Positions 48,218 to 56,643 of a DNA stretch of 64,000 nucleotides are shown in pieces. How positions within the stretch are numbered: position 1 is the stretch's first letter; the number at the start of each line of letters is the position of its first letter. Position numbers and translations under genes: made by a program. The DNA lies in assembly GCA_048213135.1 (NCBI GenBank), contig PS015009.1:310001-374000 (forward strand), in the 5' to 3' direction. Source of the stretch: Reclinomonas americana ATCC 50394. Lineage: Eukaryota. The notes below the pieces were generated by a model, which was not told the origin of the DNA, made no database searches, and worked only from the letters and a program-made list of their open reading frames with translations.

Positions 48218-48772
48218 CTATAAACTTGTTGTTTTTGATGTTTTAATTTGTTTGATAATGGTCAATTGCTGATTCAGTACATTCAGCTGCAGCTGCAGGT
48301 TCTGGATCATGGCTTCGACGAGCATTTCGCGGTTGGGAGATGCTTTCAACTGGCTCTGCAGTGCGTTGTAGGAACTGTCGAGGTGGTTGATGTCTTTAAT
48401 GAACTGGTGATAGAGTTCGGGTTGTTCCCTGGACAGGGTTTTCAGTTCTTCCTGTTTTTCATCTATCATTTTTGCGAAGCGGAACATTTCGGGCGCCTCG
48501 TCAGGTGCCAGGTTCTTTATCGCGGTATCGATCCGTATTTCGTTGCTGGCCATCGGTTGTTCGGGCTTTTCCTTTCCCTGCATAAAGAAATAAGTTCCCG
48601 TACCGATCACCAGCACCGCGGCCGCGGCCATGCTCCATTTGTAAACGGGTTTGAGTACGGACCGTTTGGTGGAAGGAAGGGCAGAACCAATGCGGTCCCA
48701 AACTCCACTGCCAGGAAGGGCCTCATCGAATTCTGCCCTGTTCTCTTTAATAAACTTTTCCAGCTTGCTCAT
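48218..48772 (-). CDS. Probable anti-sigma factor
   Basis: LEKFI..NR.EFD...P...W..I, single TM segment, helical periplasmic part; overlaps the ECF sigma gene. Confidence 0.75.
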   Translation of the reverse strand: MSKLEKFIKENRAEFDEALPGSGVWDRIGSALPSTKRSVLKPVYKWSMAAAAVLVIGTGTYFFMQGKEKPEQPMASNEIRIDTAIKNLAPDEAPEMFRFAKMIDEKQEELKTLSREQPELYHQFIKDINHLDSSYNALQSQLKASPNREMLVEAMIQNLQLQLNVLNQQLTIIKQIKTSKTTSL

Positions 48773-49319
48773 ATTCACTGTTTAAGAGTTGAAGTAATTT
48801 TTGTTTGCCCCTCGTGTACTGCGTCCGCGTGGTGGATTCCGCCACATTCAGTATGGAAGCGATCTCTTCGTGGTCGTACCCTTCAAAAAGGTACAGGTTC
48901 AGTACGGCACGGTAACCATCGGGCAATTGCGACATAGCCCTTTTCACCGACGCTACTTTCATGTATATCCATTCTTCGTTCACCGCTTCTGTGTCGGGCC
49001 TGTCCAGTTTGTCCATATCATCCAGTTCCACCCAGTTTCCTTTTCTTTTCTTCAGTTGGTTGATACAGCGGTTAATACATATTTGTTTGAGCCAGCCACC
49101 AAAGCTGGTGCGGTATTCAAAACGATTTAAGTTTTTAAACGCTTCGATAAAACTTTCCTGCAACACATCTTCGGCTTCGCCGATGTTGTTGAGCAGCCGA
49201 AGACAGGTGTTGTACATGGCTTTGCAATAGCGCTCGTACAGGTCGCGGCATGCGAGCCGGTCACCTTCCTTGCATCGTTCTACCAGTTCGTCTTTTTGTA
49301 ATATGGCAGTGAGTTCCAA
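48747..49319 (-). CDS. ECF RNA polymerase sigma factor
   Basis: AEDVLQESF, FGGWLKQI.IN, LPDGYRAV..L...EGY.HEEIA. Confidence 0.93.
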   Translation of the reverse strand: MELTAILQKDELVERCKEGDRLACRDLYERYCKAMYNTCLRLLNNIGEAEDVLQESFIEAFKNLNRFEYRTSFGGWLKQICINRCINQLKKRKGNWVELDDMDKLDRPDTEAVNEEWIYMKVASVKRAMSQLPDGYRAVLNLYLFEGYDHEEIASILNVAESTTRTQYTRGKQKLLQLLNSEYEQAGKVY

Positions 49320-49352
49320 AAAGTTTGTTTTTTAAGGCTTATACACTATCAG

Positions 49353-49379
49353 AGACAAGGCGATTTCGCCGATGTTGCA
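49353..49379 (-). promoter_or_regulatory. Putative autoregulatory ECF promoter
   Basis: TGCAAC-N17-GTCT upstream of the ECF sigma gene. Confidence 0.55.
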
Positions 49380-49608
49380 CGAAGTTCAAAAAAATTACAA
49401 ATTTATTTTTAGGCGTTATCTTTGCGGCGCAACAGGCGCTGCAAAAGCCTCATAGCTACTGAAGATCAATGATTTATGAATAACATTGATTGGATAAACG
49501 GCCCTGCTGCGTAACGGTTTGCTGTACAAGTGAGTGACACAACGCTGTTGCTGCCTGCATTGCCGCCGGTAAACAAAATCATACAACAATCAACCAAACC
49601 AACGAACG

Positions 49609-50793
49609 ATGGCTGCCAAGACAGATAATTTTCAATCGCCGGATTATTTTTTAGTAGATGACCTGCTGACGGAAGAACACAAGCTGATCCGTGAATCGGT
49701 GCGTAACTATGTTAAGAAAGAGATCTCTCCTATCATTGAAGACTATGCACAGAAAGCGGAATTCCCGCAGCATATTGTAAAGCAATTGGGTGAGCTTGGT
49801 TGCTTTGGTCCAACCGTTCCGGAACAATACGGCGGCGGCGGACTCGATTATATTTCTTATGGCCTGATGATGCAGGAGCTGGAACGCGGCGACAGTGGTG
49901 TTCGTTCAACAGCGAGTGTGCAGGGCAGCCTGGTGATGTTCCCTATTTACCAGTATGGCAGCGAAGAACAACGCAATAAATACCTGCCCAAACTGGCGAG
50001 CGGTGAATGGCTGGGTTGTTTTGGACTAACAGAACCCAATCATGGCAGCGATCCCAGCAGCATGCTCACCAATATTAAAGATGCCGGTGATCACGTAATA
50101 CTGAATGGCGCTAAAATGTGGATCAGCAATGCGCCTTTTTCACAGGTAGCCGTGGTATGGGCCAAAGATGAGGCGGGTGATATCCGCGGACTGGTAGTGG
50201 AACGCGGTATGGAAGGTTTCAGCACGCCTACTACGCATGGCAAGTGGAGCCTGCGTGCCAGCGCTACCGGCGAACTGGTGTTCGACAATGTAAAAGTTCC
50301 GAAAGAAAATATATTCCCCAATGTAAAAGGTCTGAAAGGCCCGCTGGGTTGTTTGACCAAAGCAAGGTACGGCATTGCCTGGGGCGCTATCGGTGCTGCT
50401 ATGGATTGCTACGACACAGCGCTGCAGTACAGCAAGGAAAGGGTACAGTTTGGCAAACCCATCGGTGGTTTCCAGTTGCAGCAGAAAAAACTGGCGGAGA
50501 TGGTTACCGAGATCACCAAAGCGCAGTTACTCAACTGGCGCCTGGGTGTGCTGATGAATGAAGGACGTGTAACGCCGCAGCAGGTAAGTATGGCCAAGCG
50601 CAATGCCTGCGAAGTGGCTACCAACATTTGCCGTGATGCCCGCCAGATGCTGGGTGGCATGGGCATTACCGGGGAATATCCTGTAATGCGCCATATGATG
50701 AACCTGGAAAGCGTGATCACGTATGAAGGAACGCATGACATTCATTTGCTGATAACAGGGATGGATGTGACTGGGTTTAATGCATTTAAGTAA
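49609..50793 (+). CDS. gcdH: Glutaryl-CoA dehydrogenase-type acyl-CoA dehydrogenase
   Basis: ELERGDSG.RS..SVQGSLVM, CFGLTEPNHGSDP, KWSLRASATG, ARYGIAWG, NLESVITYEGTHDIH. Confidence 0.85.
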   Translation: MAAKTDNFQSPDYFLVDDLLTEEHKLIRESVRNYVKKEISPIIEDYAQKAEFPQHIVKQLGELGCFGPTVPEQYGGGGLDYISYGLMMQELERGDSGVRSTASVQGSLVMFPIYQYGSEEQRNKYLPKLASGEWLGCFGLTEPNHGSDPSSMLTNIKDAGDHVILNGAKMWISNAPFSQVAVVWAKDEAGDIRGLVVERGMEGFSTPTTHGKWSLRASATGELVFDNVKVPKENIFPNVKGLKGPLGCLTKARYGIAWGAIGAAMDCYDTALQYSKERVQFGKPIGGFQLQQKKLAEMVTEITKAQLLNWRLGVLMNEGRVTPQQVSMAKRNACEVATNICRDARQMLGGMGITGEYPVMRHMMNLESVITYEGTHDIHLLITGMDVTGFNAFK

Positions 50794-50929
50794 TTACGAA
50801 TTATTAATTACGAATGACGAATTGTGCTGACCAAGTCTTGTTTGCTGATAAGCAGGTAGTAAAAGATTGAAGGAATTGGCACATTTGCATATTCGCACAT
50901 TATTTCATCGATAACTCATAAATATAAAG

Positions 50930-51823
50930 ATGGCTATTAAAAATGTTTCAGTAATCGGCGCCGGCACTATGGGTAATGGCATTGCGCATGTATTTGCCCA
51001 AAGCGGTTTTTCAGTAACCCTGGTGGATGTGAATGCCGCACAGTTGGAAAAGGCGCTGGCCACCATTGGCAAAAATTTCGACAGGCAGATCGCCAAAGGA
51101 AGCGCTACAGAAGAACAGAAGAAAGCGGCACTGGATAATGTAACCACCAGCACCGATGTAGCGACAGGCGTAGCCAATGCCCAGCTGGTAGTGGAAGCTG
51201 CAACGGAGAATACCGATCTTAAACTGAAAATATTCAAACAAATAGACGAGTCGGCTCCCGAAGGTTGCATACTCGCTACCAACACTTCTTCCATTTCCAT
51301 CACGAAGATCGCGGCAGTTACCAAACGTCCGGAACTGGTGATCGGTATGCATTTTATGAATCCCGTACCGGTAATGAAACTGGTGGAGATCATCAATGGT
51401 TATGCTACCAAAAAAGAAGTGACCGATGAGATTGTAGCCCTGAGCAAACAACTGGGTAAAGTACCCTGCGCTGTAAATGATTATCCCGGCTTTATTGCCA
51501 ACCGTATTTTAATGCCGATGATCAACGAAGCTATTTGCAGTTTGTATGAAGGCGTTGCCGGTGTGGAAGAAATTGACACCGTCATGAAACTGGGTATGGC
51601 CCACCCGATGGGACCGCTGCAGCTGGCGGATTTCATCGGCCTGGATGTTTGCCTGGCGATACTGCATGTACTGCACGACGGCTTTGGCAACCCCAAATAT
51701 GCACCCTGCCCGCTTTTGGTGAACATGGTAACAGCCGGTAAACTGGGCGCCAAAACAGGTGAAGGGTTTTATACGTATACGCCAGGGTCGAAAGACCTGG
51801 TGGTTAGTGAAAGGTTCAGGTAG
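50930..51823 (+). CDS. hbd: 3-hydroxybutyryl-CoA dehydrogenase
   Basis: GAGTMGNGIA, EAATEN, TNTSSISIT, GMHFMNP, PGFIANRIL, HPMGPL.L.D.IGLD. Confidence 0.88.
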   Translation: MAIKNVSVIGAGTMGNGIAHVFAQSGFSVTLVDVNAAQLEKALATIGKNFDRQIAKGSATEEQKKAALDNVTTSTDVATGVANAQLVVEAATENTDLKLKIFKQIDESAPEGCILATNTSSISITKIAAVTKRPELVIGMHFMNPVPVMKLVEIINGYATKKEVTDEIVALSKQLGKVPCAVNDYPGFIANRILMPMINEAICSLYEGVAGVEEIDTVMKLGMAHPMGPLQLADFIGLDVCLAILHVLHDGFGNPKYAPCPLLVNMVTAGKLGAKTGEGFYTYTPGSKDLVVSERFR

Positions 51824-51915
51824 TTTTTTATATAATTACAGATAAGTAAAAGTCAAAATTCAAAAGTAAAAAAGGGTGTACCGCTTTTGAATTTTGACTT
51901 TTTAATTTTTACTTT

Positions 51916-52395
51916 TTATTTCTCCCTCCCGATAAAAGGCCCGTTGCCCAGCAGGTGATTGATCGCTTTAGTCACGTTCCTGTTTATGGATTCCTCTGTT
52001 TTAAGGTTATTGATATACCGCATGATCTCTTTACGGTACGAAGGTGAAAGCTGTTCAAAAGCGGTTTTTGCTTTTTTATTTTTGTCCAGTGCTGTTTGCA
52101 ATGCCGGGGGCATATCCGTTACGCGTGGCTTCGGATCGAAGCAGAGTCCGAATACCGCGGTGTCGCCTACGTCTTTACCCGCGGCTTTACGCATAGGCGT
52201 ATTCAGGTATAAACGCCATTTACCGCTGTACTTTACCAGGTTCTGGAGGAAAGCATGACCATCGATAGTGCCCTTTACCGGGATAGCTCCTCTATCTTTT
52301 CCTGCCTGTTTAAACAATTCTTTTAATGCCGCAGCCGGCAACAATACATAAGGGTTGATACCGATGATGAATATTTTAGCGGAAAATATGATCAT
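51916..52395 (-). CDS. DUF1905 + YdeI/OmpD-associated domain protein
   Basis: IPVKGTID, N..MRKAAGK.VGD, F..LSPS.RKE...YI...K. Confidence 0.8.
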   Translation of the reverse strand: MIIFSAKIFIIGINPYVLLPAAALKELFKQAGKDRGAIPVKGTIDGHAFLQNLVKYSGKWRLYLNTPMRKAAGKDVGDTAVFGLCFDPKPRVTDMPPALQTALDKNKKAKTAFEQLSPSYRKEIMRYINNLKTEESINRNVTKAINHLLGNGPFIGREK

Positions 52396-52576
52396 ATTAT
52401 TTGTCCAAAGATAATACGCTATAGAATTATTTTCACAGAGATGCCCGGAGGGTTTTCACAGAGAGAAGCTTTTCGTGTTATCCTATTAAAGACTCGTTAT
52501 TGGGATATCAGGAATTACAAATAAAAACATTAGTAATTCGTAATTATTCTGGACTGGTTTTTGTCTTCTCTCACTT

Positions 52577-53143
52577 ATGAAAGATTTCTTACAATCCATC
52601 AATGAGCTCCACAAAGGCAGTTGGGAGAACCTGGTGTTGTTTTATGCCATCAAAATAGTCGCTGCCGTACTCATTTTAGTGATCGGTTTTTGGGTCATCA
52701 ATAAAATATCCAGGGCGTTGGGGAATTTCTTCAACAACCGCCGTATTGACCATACCGTAGGCACTTTCTTTAAAACACTGGTGAATGCTACTTTTAAGAT
52801 CATACTTGTCATCTTTGTTTTAAACTTCATCGGCATTCAAACCACCTCCATTGTGGCACTGATAGGCGCTGCGGGACTGGCCATAGGGCTGGCGCTACAG
52901 GGCACCCTCACCAACCTGGCCGGGGGCGTTATGCTCCTGCTGTTCCGGCCTTTCCGTGAAGGAGATATTATTGAAGCGCAGGGCAAACGCGGAAAAGTGA
53001 GGGATATACAAATCTTCAACACCATCCTTATTACCGACGACAATAAAAAAGTGATCATTCCCAACAGTATCCTTTCCAATGGCATCATTGAAAACCTCAC
53101 TAAAGCGGTTCCGCCGGAAAATAGTAATATTGAGAAAAAATAG
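52577..53143 (+). CDS. mscS: Small-conductance mechanosensitive channel (short form)
   Basis: GAAGLAIGLALQG.L.N.AGG, PF..GD.I, IPN. Confidence 0.88.
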   Translation: MKDFLQSINELHKGSWENLVLFYAIKIVAAVLILVIGFWVINKISRALGNFFNNRRIDHTVGTFFKTLVNATFKIILVIFVLNFIGIQTTSIVALIGAAGLAIGLALQGTLTNLAGGVMLLLFRPFREGDIIEAQGKRGKVRDIQIFNTILITDDNKKVIIPNSILSNGIIENLTKAVPPENSNIEKK

Positions 53144-53145
53144 AC

Positions 53146-53706
53146 ATGGGCAAAACACGTCTTTATATGATGGTCGTTGGTTGCAAACCCGAAGGCCGGT
53201 TCACAGAGCAACACGATATTTATTTTGGCATCGGTGGTTCCTTAAAAGAAGCAGCATCGCAGCTTGATGATTTCTGGCCCAACGGTGGTAAACTCCACAT
53301 CGACTCCTGGCGGGAAGTTAATAATGTGGACGGGTACAGGATAGAAGTAAAAGAACGCAGCGATGCGCATGCACAATCCAAAAAACTGTTCTTCCTCAAC
53401 CTGGGTGGTTATAAAAAGAATGACTTGGAAGAATACCACTACAAAATGCTGACTGCAGCCGCGGATAAAGGAGAGGCTGTTAAAACGGCGTTACAATCGG
53501 CCTTTTATCTTCACACCGGTTTTAAAGGGGCCGAATCGCACATAGATGACAAGTATGGTGTGGATGTAGACGATATGTACGAGATTGAAGACATCCTGCA
53601 TCCTTCTTTGCGGGATAAATATTTTATCGCGATCAGTGAAACAACCGATCCGCAACTCCCCGAAGACCCGGCACGACCAGGATATGTAAAACTGAGTTCC
53701 CTCTAA
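53146..53706 (+). CDS. DUF1543 family protein
   Basis: EQHD, HIDSWR.V..VDG, LFFLNLGGYK, HIDDKYGVDVDD. Confidence 0.8.
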   Translation: MGKTRLYMMVVGCKPEGRFTEQHDIYFGIGGSLKEAASQLDDFWPNGGKLHIDSWREVNNVDGYRIEVKERSDAHAQSKKLFFLNLGGYKKNDLEEYHYKMLTAAADKGEAVKTALQSAFYLHTGFKGAESHIDDKYGVDVDDMYEIEDILHPSLRDKYFIAISETTDPQLPEDPARPGYVKLSSL

Positions 53707-53726
53707 CCTCAACAAGGATCTGCCGC

Positions 53727-54254
53727 ATGATCTCCATCAACACCCGCAGCGCTTTTTTTCGGTTCATCTTATGGATGGTGCTGCTCGTGTATATGACCAT
53801 CATCACTAAACTCATCATTTTTAAAAAGCCGCTGGGCTATATAAAACGTTACCTGCTGCATGAATACAGTTGGGCCAAAGCAAAAGCGCATATGAAGGAG
53901 GCTAACCTGCAACCTTTCAAAACCATTAAACTGTACCTCTACAGCCATATCCGTGAGGAGTATGCCATCAGTAACCTGGCCGGTAATATTGTGGGATTCA
54001 TTCCGCTGGGATTATTGCTGCCGCTGCTTTTTCCCGCGCTGCGCACCGCATTCCGTACCATTCTTTGTGTATGCCTTGTCAGTATAGCTTTTGAACTGGT
54101 GCAACTGGTAAGTATGCTGGGTGTTTGCGATATCGATGATGTTATACTCAATACCCTCGGCGGAGCCATTGGCTATTTGTTGTTTTTCATGCTTACCCGG
54201 TTCGTTTCGCTTGATATGAAAAGCAGGCAGGAGATTCCTCCTGTGTCGGGATGA
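53727..54254 (+). CDS. VanZ family membrane protein
   Basis: NL.PFKTI, GNIVGFIPLG, E..Q, DIDD.ILNTLG. Confidence 0.9.
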   Translation: MISINTRSAFFRFILWMVLLVYMTIITKLIIFKKPLGYIKRYLLHEYSWAKAKAHMKEANLQPFKTIKLYLYSHIREEYAISNLAGNIVGFIPLGLLLPLLFPALRTAFRTILCVCLVSIAFELVQLVSMLGVCDIDDVILNTLGGAIGYLLFFMLTRFVSLDMKSRQEIPPVSG

Positions 54255-54255
54255 C
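54232..54255. repeat. REP-like element, right arm only (copy 3)
   Basis: AGATTCCTCCTGTGTCGGGATGAC; supplies the stop codon of the VanZ-family gene. Confidence 0.75.
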
Positions 54256-54330
54256 CGGCATGTTCAAAATGCCGCACTACCAATACAAGGTCATTTTGCA
54301 TTTTTCCTTTTAAATTTTTACTTTACACCC

Positions 54331-54945
54331 ATGTCCAAACGCATTAAAGCCATCGATGATTACATTGCAAAGTCCGCCGATTTTGCAAAGCCCATCCTTA
54401 ATCATATCCGTGATGTGGTGCACAAAACCTGCCCGGAAGTGGAAGAGAAAATGAAATGGAGTTTCCCTCATTTCGATTATAAAGGTGAAATGATGTGCAG
54501 TATGGCAGCTTTCAAGCAGCATGCTGTAATGGGTTTCTGGAAAGCGGCCCTGATGAAAGATCCCGTGCTGACAGAAAACGCGAAAGCTGAAACCGCCATG
54601 GGACATATGGGAAGAATGGCTTCGCTGAAAGACCTTCCTTCCGACAAAAAACTGGCGGCCTACATCAAAGAAGCCATGGCATTAAATGATAAGGGCATTA
54701 AACTCTCTCCAAAACCGGTTACAGAAAAAAAAGAGCTGGCCATACCCGAGTACTTTACCAAAGCATTAAAGAAAAATAAAAAAGCATGGGAAACCTTCTC
54801 CGCCTTTTCTTATTCCCATAAAAAAGAATATGTAGAGTGGGTCACCGAAGCCAAAACAGAAGTTACCCGTGACAAACGGATGTCCAGTGCTATTGAGATG
54901 CTGGAAGAAGGCAAAAGCAGGAACTGGAAATACGCGAAAAAATAA
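54331..54945 (+). CDS. DUF1801 + YdeI/OmpD-associated domain protein
   Basis: IDDYI, EE.MKWSFPHF.Y, AAFKQH...GFW, EYVEWV.EAK...TR.KR. Confidence 0.85.
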   Translation: MSKRIKAIDDYIAKSADFAKPILNHIRDVVHKTCPEVEEKMKWSFPHFDYKGEMMCSMAAFKQHAVMGFWKAALMKDPVLTENAKAETAMGHMGRMASLKDLPSDKKLAAYIKEAMALNDKGIKLSPKPVTEKKELAIPEYFTKALKKNKKAWETFSAFSYSHKKEYVEWVTEAKTEVTRDKRMSSAIEMLEEGKSRNWKYAKK

Positions 54946-55006
54946 GTCGCCTGTATTATTGTAACATTCCCTGCTGCCAGACGTATTATCTCCAAACCAT
55001 ACACGT

Positions 55007-56242
55007 ATGCCCAGACTAATAGCCGCCTGTTTGCTGCTTTGCCTTTTCAGCCGTTGTACCAACAATAAAAGCCAGCCCAACCAGCAACAACTGAAAGATT
55101 CGCTGACCTATGAATTAAATGATATCTATGAACAGGGGCACTTTAATGGTTTTGGGGTGGCCATTGTTAATGAGAACGGTACACTTTACCAGGGCGGCGC
55201 CGGGTATGCGGATAAAAAGAACAATAAAAAATATACGGATCAAACCATACAGAATATTGCCTCTATCTCCAAAACGCTGATAGGCATCAGCCTGCTGAAA
55301 GCACAGGAAATGGGCAAACTGAAACTGGACGATCCCATTTCAAAATATCTTCCGTTCCCGGTCAGCAACCCCAACTTTCCGGGCTTACCGATAACGATAA
55401 GGCAACTCGCCACCCATACATCAGGCATCACTGATAATGAATTCTATAACACAAAGAATTATTATTATAAAAAAGACCAGGATCTCGATAAGGTGAAAAT
55501 GGTTTTTGATGAGACCTTTATTTTCAACAAACCGGATTCGGTTATCCCGCTTGAACGTTTCCTGCAGGACCTGCTCACCGAAAAGGGGCGGTGGTACAGC
55601 AAAAAAGGATTCACGCAAAACAAACCCGGTGAGCGATATGAGTATACCAACACCGGCGCCACGCTTGCCGCTTACATCATTGAAAGGGCCACGGGCACGG
55701 ACTTTGGGCGCTTTACTAAACAATATATTCTTGCTCCGTTACAAATGAATGCTTCAGGCTGGAAATTTGAGGAGGTAGACCTTTCCAAATATTCGAGGCT
55801 TTACTTAACGCCGGATACGCTGCTCCCCTATTATTACATGATCACCTACCCCGATGGCAATTTTATTACATCGGCCAACGATATGGGCAAATACCTTTCG
55901 GAGTTGATAAAGGGTTACGCAGGGCATGGAACACTGCTCAAGAAAGAAAGCTATGCAGAATTATTCAGGCAGCAATTGACCCCAACGCATTTCACCGAAC
56001 GGGATACCCAAAATCCTTATGATGATTCTTATAACACGGGCATTTTTATGGGGTTTAGTTTTGCGGGAAATATTGGTCATACCGGCGGAGATCCGGGTGT
56101 AAGTTCGATGATGTTCTTCGACCCCAAAACAAAAACAGGCCGTTATCTTGTTATCAATACCGATATCGTTGATAAAGCGGGCAATGATGAGTTCTACGGC
56201 ATCTGGGATATACTGGGCAAGTACCAGGACAAACTTCGCTGA
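55007..56242 (+). CDS. Serine hydrolase (beta-lactamase/PBP family), lipoprotein
   Basis: Lipobox; SISK, LATHTSG, YEYTN, GHTGGDPG. Confidence 0.88.
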   Translation: MPRLIAACLLLCLFSRCTNNKSQPNQQQLKDSLTYELNDIYEQGHFNGFGVAIVNENGTLYQGGAGYADKKNNKKYTDQTIQNIASISKTLIGISLLKAQEMGKLKLDDPISKYLPFPVSNPNFPGLPITIRQLATHTSGITDNEFYNTKNYYYKKDQDLDKVKMVFDETFIFNKPDSVIPLERFLQDLLTEKGRWYSKKGFTQNKPGERYEYTNTGATLAAYIIERATGTDFGRFTKQYILAPLQMNASGWKFEEVDLSKYSRLYLTPDTLLPYYYMITYPDGNFITSANDMGKYLSELIKGYAGHGTLLKKESYAELFRQQLTPTHFTERDTQNPYDDSYNTGIFMGFSFAGNIGHTGGDPGVSSMMFFDPKTKTGRYLVINTDIVDKAGNDEFYGIWDILGKYQDKLR

Positions 56243-56244
56243 TA

Positions 56245-56574
56245 CTATTCTTTAATCTTTCCAACCAGCTTATAAGAGTCATCGATCATTTCCAGTATTT
56301 GCTTTTTGCTGAGCCTGCCGCCAACGATGACCGTGTTCCAGTGTTTTTTATTCATGTGGTATCCCGGCAATACATGATCAGGATATTCTTCCCGCAATTC
56401 CACAGCCTTGTCGGGGTCGCATTTTACATTGAACTGCAATGGTGAGGACTCCAGCGCCACCAGCAGGAACATCTTTTCCTTTACTTTAAATACAAGCGTG
56501 TCTTCCCCGAAAGGAAAGCCTTCTGTCACCCCGGGCTTTTGCAATACATGATCTCTTATGATGTCGATATCCAT
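56245..56574 (-). CDS. MmcQ/YjbR family protein
   Basis: FPFG, FKV..KMF, KCDP, PGYHMNKKHWNT. Confidence 0.92.
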   Translation of the reverse strand: MDIDIIRDHVLQKPGVTEGFPFGEDTLVFKVKEKMFLLVALESSPLQFNVKCDPDKAVELREEYPDHVLPGYHMNKKHWNTVIVGGRLSKKQILEMIDDSYKLVGKIKE

Positions 56575-56643
56575 GGAGATGATTAAGAATTAAGAATTAT
56601 GAATTACGAATGAGCAGGCCTTTCTCCAACTACTCAGTACTAA

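Noticed and set aside
48747-48778. Overlap of ECF sigma and anti-sigma genes as a frameshift
   Set aside because: Short overlaps are normal for translationally coupled sigma/anti-sigma pairs, and both proteins look complete.
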